Below are positions 29,841 to 37,774 of a stretch of DNA of 64,000 nucleotides, piece by piece. The translations under genes and the position numbers were made by a program. Source of the DNA: Dehalococcoidia bacterium (lineage in GTDB: Bacteria; Chloroflexota; Dehalococcoidia; Plut-88900); assembly GCA_965197645.1 (NCBI GenBank), contig OZ240219.1, forward strand, positions 1,888,001 to 1,952,000, read 5' to 3'. Each line of letters begins with the position of its first letter. The first letter of the stretch is position 1. Under the pieces are notes generated by a model. It had not been told where the DNA came from. It did not search any database and saw nothing but the letters and a program-made list of their open reading frames with translations.

Positions 29841-30842
29841 ATGAGCAATATAGGTCGAGAACACATCATCGAGGTTCCGGGACTACCGGCTGAATTGCAG
29901 GCCACCGCTAAGGAGGACATCGGCAGGTTACTGGGCGCAATCGCGGGAGTGGCCGACAGACAGGGGAAGCAATTCCTGTTGGACAGGGTCCGTCTCTCCG
30001 ACCGCTTTGAAGATGACGTGAACCGGTTCCTCGATGACCGTTCAGGTCTTAAGGGGTATGTCGCTGCCCGGCGCAATGCCCACGCGATTGGCAAGACCAT
30101 TTGGACTCGCTCCCAGCAAGGGAACAACCGTTTTGTGGTGATTATCGATGCGAGTCAGATCGGCCCGTGGGCGATCACCAATGCTCGGTGCCTGACTACC
30201 GTCCTGCACGAGCTCGTCCATGTGCTCCGAGAAGAGCGTCATCTGGAGCGGCTGGGGGAACAAGAGTACACCGCGGACAGAGACACTAGGGAGCGGTGGC
30301 TGGACGGTTGGGCCAGCTTGCTTCTCGATGAATTCGATGTGGACCGACTGGTGGACGTCATAGTTAACGGGCTAGCTACGAAGGATGACGGACAACCCTG
30401 GTCCTTGCGAGAGCTCGATGAGGCTCAGGGACTGGATTGGGTTCACGGGTTGCTGAATACTCTCGATCGCTTGCCACAGTTCGTAGACGAAGAGGTCTGG
30501 AAGTTTCGGACTTGGGAAATGGGGATCGACGACCTTGCCCTGTCGGTGATTCCTTATATCAAGGACGTACTTAGGTTGCTGAGCCACACCGCTGCGAGGT
30601 ACATGGGAACTGATCGTTGGCCAGACATCGTTGAGCGAATCAAGGAGACGGACGCCTCTCAGCGGTTCCTGAGGGAACACCTTGATACCGTCCTTGCCCA
30701 TCTCGATGATGCGCAGTTGCCCCTGGAGGAGTCCATTCGAATCGTTGGTCAAGCAGTGGAGGGGATGTTCCAGAACTGCGGATTTGGGTTTCGGACAATC
30801 CCCCGGGGTGTGTACATCTCAGTCGGGGAGCCGTCGGGTTAG
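29841..30842 (+). CDS. Hypothetical protein with HExxH zinc-metallopeptidase-like motif
   Basis: TTVLHELVHVLRE ... LLDEFDVDR. Confidence 0.6.
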   Translation: MSNIGREHIIEVPGLPAELQATAKEDIGRLLGAIAGVADRQGKQFLLDRVRLSDRFEDDVNRFLDDRSGLKGYVAARRNAHAIGKTIWTRSQQGNNRFVVIIDASQIGPWAITNARCLTTVLHELVHVLREERHLERLGEQEYTADRDTRERWLDGWASLLLDEFDVDRLVDVIVNGLATKDDGQPWSLRELDEAQGLDWVHGLLNTLDRLPQFVDEEVWKFRTWEMGIDDLALSVIPYIKDVLRLLSHTAARYMGTDRWPDIVERIKETDASQRFLREHLDTVLAHLDDAQLPLEESIRIVGQAVEGMFQNCGFGFRTIPRGVYISVGEPSG

Positions 30843-31153
30843 TTGGCAGGCGCGAGGATTGAATCACGTCATAATAACTTGGTTTCCGCGGCAAGCTGGT
30901 AGAGGACGGGAGCAGCCCGAGGCTCATATTCGTCGAGCCCCGCATGAGCTACAGGATACCGAGGGCCGAGGGGGATGAAGAGTCAAAGGAATCGTAGCTC
31001 GATGTGCTTCGTGGCGCCGCGTACCCTCCGCTGTTATGGGCCACGAGGGTCGGGGCGAAGGTTCGATGGACTTTCAGACCTCCAGCCTCTCTCTAGGGCC
31101 GTTGAACGGTGGGCGCCTCTACGCATTCTTGGGGCGACGACTCGCAGCGGCCT

Positions 31154-31732
31154 CTAACGTCGGGAGCGTCTATTATTCAACAGGGCTTGGTGCTGTTTCG
31201 CCACACCGGTAACTTCCAATCTGTACTTGGCCATTCTCTCGCTAACTCCGCACTTACTGGCGATGTCGTTCGCGCTCGATCCCCGGCGGACTTCTGCCAC
31301 TAGTAGTGCGCGGGGTAGGAGGAGGCAACCGGAGAGCCACGCCGCCTCGTCTTCCTGGGTCGCGTCACCCGACAGGAAGGTGACATCGCCAATTCGCTCT
31401 ACTCGGCTCAACTCGTGATCGAGGAGAGCGTGCGCGAGTTCGTGCGCAATATCACTCCTCCGGCGTGTCGCTCCCGAGCGGGGATTGTAGACTACGACCG
31501 TGCGATCGGGCGAAGGTCGGAGAGTGCATGCCGAGAAGGAATCGGGCTGAATGTCGTCGAGATAGTTGAACCGCTCTCGCGGGATCAGCTCGTCGCCTGC
31601 CCGGACCTCTATACCCAACAATTCCGCGAGAACTTCGGGCGCAACGGATTGGGTGGCGCCCATTCCTAACTCCGTTCGCACATCCCTCGCGATTCTCTCA
31701 GCCTCGGACTTAAACCCTCTCCGCAGAGCCAT
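31154..31732 (-). CDS. ImmA/IrrE metallopeptidase (CapP-like)
   Basis: RRGFKSEAE, RRRSDIAHELAHALLDH and QEDEAAWLSGCLLLPR. Confidence 0.88.
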   Translation of the reverse strand: MALRRGFKSEAERIARDVRTELGMGATQSVAPEVLAELLGIEVRAGDELIPRERFNYLDDIQPDSFSACTLRPSPDRTVVVYNPRSGATRRRSDIAHELAHALLDHELSRVERIGDVTFLSGDATQEDEAAWLSGCLLLPRALLVAEVRRGSSANDIASKCGVSERMAKYRLEVTGVAKQHQALLNNRRSRR

Positions 31733-32189
31733 CGGCGGATTCCTCCAGGAGCGCTTGATTCAGGTCGTTCAGCAACGCGCTCAGCGCACGAGCGGCTTCA
31801 GGGCGAAAGGTCTTCGCAGCCCGCAGATGCACGGCGGCAACATCCCCAGGCCGAACCAGGGCTTGATAGAGGTCGCCGACAATGTCTGCGATTCGTTCTG
31901 CGGCTTCCGGAGGGAGGTTTCGGTCTGCACGAAGGTGCTCAGCGATCACGTCGGTCGTAGCGGTCGCCCTCTCTTGGTTCTCGAAGAACTGCTTGATATC
32001 GGCGCCACACCATTCTACGAGCCGTTTGAACTTCGGTAGGTCCGGAACATGTCCTTTCTCAACGCGCGCCAGCGTATTGAAGGGGATACCTGTATCGAGT
32101 GCAGCTTCCCGGAGGCTCATCCCCCTGCGGGTTCGCTCGGCCAAGACAAGACCACCTAGGTCGCTGAGATCAAGCTTGCCTGCACTCAT
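31710..32189 (-). CDS. XRE HTH repressor (CapH-like)
   Basis: RRGMSLREAALDTGIPFNTLARVEKGHVPD; HLRADRNL and a similar second HLRAAKTF C-terminal motif. Confidence 0.85.
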   Translation of the reverse strand: MSAGKLDLSDLGGLVLAERTRRGMSLREAALDTGIPFNTLARVEKGHVPDLPKFKRLVEWCGADIKQFFENQERATATTDVIAEHLRADRNLPPEAAERIADIVGDLYQALVRPGDVAAVHLRAAKTFRPEAARALSALLNDLNQALLEESADGSAERV

Positions 32190-32232
32190 CGCGCCTCCTG
32201 TGCGCAAAATGGTACACTGTGCCACTGAAGGC

Positions 32233-32306
32233 TTGACATGGGGTCGACCATCTCGTACCCTGTATTTTGTTATACCGCAGTTGGTACTGTCAACATCTTG
32301 TAGTAC
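32233..32306 (+). promoter_or_regulatory. Sigma70 promoter and candidate operator for the ubiquitin-like operon
   Basis: TTGACA-17-TACCCT (32233-32261); imperfect inverted repeat GTACTGTCAA...TTGTAGTAC (32284-32306). Confidence 0.55.
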
Positions 32307-32323
32307 AGCGGAAGAAGCAAACG

Positions 32324-32572
32324 ATGAACGGTCACATTGAGATCTACGTTAGCGGGCGAGAGTACAAAGTCCCGGACAACCTCGTGACCTATGACCAAAT
32401 CGTCAAGATTTGGAACGAGCTGCACGAGCCGGAGAACAAACACATCATAGGCACTCCCGGCATCGACTACGAGGACGACCTGAAGGGTGAGGACGGTGTC
32501 CTCCTGCCGGGTAAGGACGTCCAAGTCACAGATGGCACCAGTTTCACGGTGGACCCGGAGCATGTCTCCTAA
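32324..32572 (+). CDS. Ubiquitin-like (multi-ubiquitin domain) protein
   Basis: IEIYVSGREYKV...VTYDQIVKI...IDY...GVLLPGKDVQVTDGTSFTV matches the beta-grasp Multi_ubiq pattern; ends EHVS. Confidence 0.75.
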   Translation: MNGHIEIYVSGREYKVPDNLVTYDQIVKIWNELHEPENKHIIGTPGIDYEDDLKGEDGVLLPGKDVQVTDGTSFTVDPEHVS

Positions 32573-33749
32573 AGACCGCCTCACCGCGTTCGGTGAGGCG
32601 GTCTTGTTTGACGTCAGCCTCGATACCGACGTGGTTCGGGCCGTGAAAGTTCCTTGTCTCCTGGCAGATGGGGTCGTTGGCACCTGCACCATTGAGAAAT
32701 CTTGCGACCCCGACAGCGGCAAGCCGACCGAGCAGATAGGTGGTGCTGTCCATGCCGTACGCATAGTGCCAGACGAGGCGAAGGATGGCTGCGTGTACAA
32801 CGCAGATGGGACACTGATCGGGAGCCGGATAGACGGTGACGGCGAAACCTGGTCGAACATTTCCATCCACAAGGGAAGTCAAAGCAGACCGGAGAAGGAC
32901 GAGTCGGCGAGAGACGTTGTTCACCGCTATGCCAAGCAGATCGTTGGGGCAGCATCGGCCGCAGGGCATGTTGCCCCCGCTTCACCCGCTATACCTGACC
33001 CATTCAAGATTCCCAACACGTTCGAGGCACGTGCGGGGATAATTCCGGTTCAGGACCGCATCCGCAGTCAGAATATTGTGATCATCGGCCTAGGCGGGAC
33101 GGGCTCCTACGTTCTCGATCTCATTGCCAAGACGCCCGTGCGGGGAATCCACGTCTTGGATGACGACTACATGGATTGGCATAACTTTATGCGGGCCCCC
33201 GGCGCGCCTACCGACGACGTGATTGAGTTACGTCGGAAGGGGAGTTTGCTGAAAGTGGACTACTACCGTCCAATATACGAACCCCTGCGGGAAGGCATCC
33301 AGCTGCACGAGATCCGTGTCGACAGCAAGTCCACGTTCAACGAGTTTCTGTCGGATCATCCCATCGACTTTGCCTTCGTGTGTATTGACCAGCTGACCGA
33401 AGGCGATTCACCGCGGCAGGATGTGGTCTACTGCGCCTTGTCCGAGGCAAGGGTGCCGTTCATAGACTCGGGCGTGAGCATAACGGTGGAGGACAGCGCT
33501 ATAGCCGGCGCCGTGACTACGAGCTTCTATGAGGCAGGCTCTGTTGCATGGAAAGGCCCCATACCGAATTCGAAGGTCGAGGGCGATGTCCCCGGCTATC
33601 GAAACGTCCAGCTGCCGGAAGTGAACGCCTTGGCGGCATCTCTCGCCGTGATGGAGTGGCGCCGCCGCACGGAGCAGTTTATTTCCAAAGACGCCTCGTT
33701 TCTCCATAAGTTCCGCCTCGAAACACCCCGCATGGTCAGAGCAGACTAA
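32562..33749 (+). CDS. DUF6791-like N-terminal domain + ThiF/E1 adenylyltransferase
   Basis: IVIIGLGGTGSYVLDLIAKTPV, HNFMRAPGA, DFAFVCID, PFIDSG and YRNVQLPEVNALAASLAV. Confidence 0.85.
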   Translation: MSPKDRLTAFGEAVLFDVSLDTDVVRAVKVPCLLADGVVGTCTIEKSCDPDSGKPTEQIGGAVHAVRIVPDEAKDGCVYNADGTLIGSRIDGDGETWSNISIHKGSQSRPEKDESARDVVHRYAKQIVGAASAAGHVAPASPAIPDPFKIPNTFEARAGIIPVQDRIRSQNIVIIGLGGTGSYVLDLIAKTPVRGIHVLDDDYMDWHNFMRAPGAPTDDVIELRRKGSLLKVDYYRPIYEPLREGIQLHEIRVDSKSTFNEFLSDHPIDFAFVCIDQLTEGDSPRQDVVYCALSEARVPFIDSGVSITVEDSAIAGAVTTSFYEAGSVAWKGPIPNSKVEGDVPGYRNVQLPEVNALAASLAVMEWRRRTEQFISKDASFLHKFRLETPRMVRAD

Positions 33750-33758
33750 CTCGTAGGA

Positions 33759-34184
33759 GTGGGTGGCGTGAAACTACGTCCCATCTTTGTAGAGGTGATG
33801 CCCGGGTTCGAAGCAATCAAAGACGGCGAGCTTTGGATCAGCCACAAGCATAGAACTATTAACCTGCGCTGTCCGTGTGGTTGCGGCGAGTTGACGGTCC
33901 TGACTCTTCATCCCAGTCGATGGCACGTTTGTTTCGACGGGAAGGCGGTCTCCCTTGAGGGTCCAACGGGCGGGTCAGTGTGGGCCAATTCCGGCTGCGG
34001 CAGCCACTATGCTATACGAAGCAACGCCGTGGTCTGGCTGGGCAGGATCGATCCAAGTCGTCATTTGGAGTACGCGGAGGACGAGCGGTCACGCATGCTT
34101 GGCTCCACGTCGAGCCATCAGAGTCTTCGTTCCTGGCTGGCGCGCGTCTGGCGTGGCCTTCGGTTCGGGACGTGGCGCAAGTGA
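33759..34184 (+). CDS. DUF6527 family protein
   Basis: FVEVMP, GELWIS, CPCGCGE, FDGKAVSL and CGSHYAIRSNAVVW. Confidence 0.82.
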   Translation: MGGVKLRPIFVEVMPGFEAIKDGELWISHKHRTINLRCPCGCGELTVLTLHPSRWHVCFDGKAVSLEGPTGGSVWANSGCGSHYAIRSNAVVWLGRIDPSRHLEYAEDERSRMLGSTSSHQSLRSWLARVWRGLRFGTWRK

Positions 34185-34350
34185 AGGCCCGTATGCTGCC
34201 ATGGCGAGGAGAGAACGATGGGACGGCCAATACTGGGAAAGAGTGAAGGTGGCATCACGCTGATTGCATCCATTCTTATTCCGGACCGGAGAGGACTCGC
34301 CAGATTGAGAAGCCCAGCGTGAATGTCCACATCTCAGGAGGTAGGGGCAG

Positions 34351-35418
34351 ATGCCATCGCAACAACACGAACAGTGGAAGCTAGACCTCTTCGACCACCT
34401 GGACCGCAAGCTGAGCGCATGCATCTCATGCGAGTTCGGGGAGAGCAGGGACAGTTACACGCCCAGGCATCGAGGGCGGCTCCGCGAGCCTTCCCAACAG
34501 ATCCTGTGGGCATGCGAACGGATGCACCCTCACAGCTACGACCTGCTGAGGGGCGCCGGATACGTAGTACTGGAACAGAATCAGTCCTCGCCGGTAAATG
34601 GGACGAGCTGCCGGCCGGACATCACTATCCTGAACACTCATCGCCAGCCTCTGGCATTCATAGAGATCGTTCGCTCCAACCGCCCTACTAACTCTCTTCG
34701 AGTGGCGGAAGAGCTGGGCATTCCGTTGTTCACGATTCTCGCCCCTCACAGGCAGTCCCTTGTTCCCGGGCTCGGGCCGTCTCGTCCCTGGTGGGACTTT
34801 GACCCCAGCCTGCCGGCGGACGCCAAGCAGCAGATGTACTTCATGGAACAGGTGGCAGACGAGTTGATGCGCCGGAGCGGCGATGGCGACTCGACGTGGG
34901 CCGACCTGGACATGATGCTGGATGACGACGGGAACTTGGTCTTCGCGAGCTTCCGCGGCTCTCCGCCCGACTTGGCGGGCCCCACGTTTCCGAGGACGGG
35001 CGACCTGATTGTCGCGGAGCTGTGCTCTTGGGACTGCGACAAGGCGATGGAAGTGCTTGGGCGCGAGCAGCTCATGGACCAACAAAGCGCCATTGTATCC
35101 GTGCGAGAGACTCTGGAGCAGGACCTGGGGAGGATCCTGCTGGGAGCCATTCGAGGTGCGAGGGACGGGACCAGCCGGTTCGTCGTCCCGGTCGGGTCTG
35201 AGGAGGTTCACGTTGAGATGAGCCTGAAGCCTCTCAACCCACACGTGAGCGCTAACGACCCCGTAGTCCTCAACCTGATGGCCCAAGTCGCCAAGGCAGC
35301 CGACAAGGTTCGCACCCGCCATAGGCCAAAAACTGCCGCCTTCGTCGCGAACGAGTGTGAGATGACAACACTGACGGAGATGAGTGGCCCACAAGCCGAG
35401 GGCCGAGTCGAGATCTGA
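34351..35418 (+). CDS. Hypothetical protein with PD-(D/E)xK-like motif
   Basis: VVLEQ...RPDITILN...LAFIEIVRSN. Confidence 0.55.
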   Translation: MPSQQHEQWKLDLFDHLDRKLSACISCEFGESRDSYTPRHRGRLREPSQQILWACERMHPHSYDLLRGAGYVVLEQNQSSPVNGTSCRPDITILNTHRQPLAFIEIVRSNRPTNSLRVAEELGIPLFTILAPHRQSLVPGLGPSRPWWDFDPSLPADAKQQMYFMEQVADELMRRSGDGDSTWADLDMMLDDDGNLVFASFRGSPPDLAGPTFPRTGDLIVAELCSWDCDKAMEVLGREQLMDQQSAIVSVRETLEQDLGRILLGAIRGARDGTSRFVVPVGSEEVHVEMSLKPLNPHVSANDPVVLNLMAQVAKAADKVRTRHRPKTAAFVANECEMTTLTEMSGPQAEGRVEI

Positions 35419-36268
35419 GAAAAGACGGCGGAGGACACGGGTGGCAACAACTAGGATTGACTTTGAACGAATCAGGAGGGAGTGGTCTTTCCATTGGCAC
35501 CGCTTTGACCGGTTCATACGTTGTTGGCTTAGTAGACTCTTCTTCTTCGTAACAGTTTGCTGTGTGGCCGTTACCACGCTCATTTGGCATTTTGCTCTAT
35601 TTGATGACCTGCAGGTCCGTATCTTCATGAGCGTAGTGATTGTCCTGGTGCCAATGTTCGAATTCCAGCCCCCACCTAGAACGTGGGCATCGCGAGAGGA
35701 GCTGCTTTGGATCTCGTCGTTTCTTGCGCTAACTATGCTGATCGTGGCGAGCGATAAGTTCGACTGGACTGGGGTTGGGATCCAGGCTGTCCTATTGCTA
35801 GTGGCACTTCCTTACGGGTGGGTGGTCTGGAAGCTGGTGCGCCGCAATTGGCTGTTGGTAACCGGATTGATACTGGCACTGGCTGCCATGATGGTTTACT
35901 GGGTGGCGGCGTTGGTCGGCGAGCAAGATTCCCCAGATTTGCTGCTATTGCCTCTCTTGGTGGTGCTTTTCTTTAGGGTTGCCTGGACACCGGTGGCGTG
36001 GCGGGCATTGGACCTTGCCCAACGATGGAAGAACCGTAGAGTCGGCGGTCCTGGTATGCGTGCAGTTGCCATGGCCGTCCTATTCTTACCCGTAATCCTG
36101 GTTGCGATGGCCGTACCCGGCATGGTCGGTCTCAGTATAACCTGGTCGGCCGTATCCCTGATGCTCGTAGGCTTTCTGCTGAGCACGGTGATCTCCGAAC
36201 CATTGAGACGTTTTCTGCTGGAATGGGGAAACCTAATGCCAGATGGGGAAACGGTCTCTAAAGTGTAG
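35384..36268 (+). CDS. Multi-pass membrane protein
   Basis: About 8 hydrophobic segments; no family recognised. Confidence 0.6.
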   Translation: MAHKPRAESRSEKRRRRTRVATTRIDFERIRREWSFHWHRFDRFIRCWLSRLFFFVTVCCVAVTTLIWHFALFDDLQVRIFMSVVIVLVPMFEFQPPPRTWASREELLWISSFLALTMLIVASDKFDWTGVGIQAVLLLVALPYGWVVWKLVRRNWLLVTGLILALAAMMVYWVAALVGEQDSPDLLLLPLLVVLFFRVAWTPVAWRALDLAQRWKNRRVGGPGMRAVAMAVLFLPVILVAMAVPGMVGLSITWSAVSLMLVGFLLSTVISEPLRRFLLEWGNLMPDGETVSKV

Positions 36269-36316
36269 TACGGAAGCTCGGAAGGCTTTCAAGCATTCAA
36301 TCTAGGCAGGCTATTC

Positions 36317-36694
36317 ATGAAGAGAAACATGGACTTGATCCGACAAATCTTACTGGCAATAGAAGGCGAACCATCAACCCAGCATGAGTTCAAAATGGCG
36401 GGCATAAACGATCTAGAGTTGTGGTACAACGTTGATTTGCTAGTACAGGCCAATCTCATTAGAGGCGTAGAAGTTCGCTGGGCAGCCGATGGTGCGGGGC
36501 CATACGCACATTCCAAAGGGCTAGTTGCCCTGACTTGGGACGGCCACGAATTCTTGGAGGCAATTCGAAATGAATCAGTTTGGCGAAAGGCCAATCAGAA
36601 GGCGAATGCCAGTGGCCTAGACTTACAGAGCTTGACGATTGAGGTGATCAAATCACTTTGCGTATCGACTGCTAAACAAATTCTGGGGGTGTAG
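36317..36694 (+). CDS. DUF2513 domain protein
   Basis: MKRNMDLIRQILLAIE ... LTWDGHEFLEAIRNESVW. Confidence 0.85.
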   Translation: MKRNMDLIRQILLAIEGEPSTQHEFKMAGINDLELWYNVDLLVQANLIRGVEVRWAADGAGPYAHSKGLVALTWDGHEFLEAIRNESVWRKANQKANASGLDLQSLTIEVIKSLCVSTAKQILGV

Positions 36695-36790
36695 GTGCTG
36701 GTTGACGGCTGCACCATCGCTTACACTGCACTGTGGGCTAACTGTGGTGCCATAGCGACTCCCCAACACCGCAAGCAACTTAGGACAAGA

Positions 36791-37672
36791 ATGGTCATAG
36801 ACTCCCAGAATCCTTACGCTCAGCGCTGTAACGAATCGGATATGGTCACAAATGCGTGCCGCATCGCCGAGGACGATGGTCTTCGCTCCCAACACATGAG
36901 ACGGCTAATCCAAGGCATGATCCCGACAGCATCTCATCCTCATGCAGCCACAATCCCGAAGGTTGTCATTCAATTCTGGCACGATTCCAACAACATACCT
37001 TCGGACGTCCAAGAGTGCCTCGACAGCTGGAAACGACTAGACAGTCAAGGTTTCAAGCGAATTCTCTTTGACGACTGCAATGCGAGACGGTTCATATCCA
37101 AGAGCTTCGGTCATAACCACGTTGCGGCTTTCGACCGTTGTCCCCACCCGGCGATGCGATGTGATTATTTTCGCCTATGCTACATACTGAAGAACGGTGG
37201 CTTCTACGTGGACGCCGACGAGTTTTACCAAGGAGGAGACTACGACTTTCTGTTTCTAGACGATCGACTAAAGATCCAACCTCTGTGCTATGACGTCGCA
37301 TCTGCGACAATGGTTCCCTACGACGTATTCACAAGAGAACATGGTGGCGCTCCTAGTTGGATCTTCTACGTAAACAACAACCCACTTGTGGCACCAGCCT
37401 CTCACCCCGTTGTTCGTTTGGCCCTGCGACGCTCGACTGGAATTCTCTTGAACGATGAAAGCAAACGACTCGACATACAATCAACGACTGGGCCAGGAAA
37501 CTTAACCGCCAGTTTGGTTAGACACGCAGTTATCTCCGAGCTGGAGAGTCAGGATCGCGACTTTTCCTTCATTGCAAACTGGGAAGCCATCTCCATCAGC
37601 CGTTGGCCTCTAAGCTATCGAAGTGATGACCGGAATTGGAGGCTATGGAATCATGCCCAACCGCTTATCTAG
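36791..37672 (+). CDS. GT32-like (DxD) glycosyltransferase
   Basis: IPKVVIQFW, CDYFRLCYILKNGGFYVDAD and TTGPGNLT. Confidence 0.82.
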   Translation: MVIDSQNPYAQRCNESDMVTNACRIAEDDGLRSQHMRRLIQGMIPTASHPHAATIPKVVIQFWHDSNNIPSDVQECLDSWKRLDSQGFKRILFDDCNARRFISKSFGHNHVAAFDRCPHPAMRCDYFRLCYILKNGGFYVDADEFYQGGDYDFLFLDDRLKIQPLCYDVASATMVPYDVFTREHGGAPSWIFYVNNNPLVAPASHPVVRLALRRSTGILLNDESKRLDIQSTTGPGNLTASLVRHAVISELESQDRDFSFIANWEAISISRWPLSYRSDDRNWRLWNHAQPLI

Positions 37673-37774
37673 AAGTGCATGGCGACCCCTGCAGCCTCAT
37701 ACTACGCCCGTAGCCGCTATCAACCTGCATCTTTCCTACTGGCACCTCGCCAGGAAAAGTGACTTGTACTTCTG

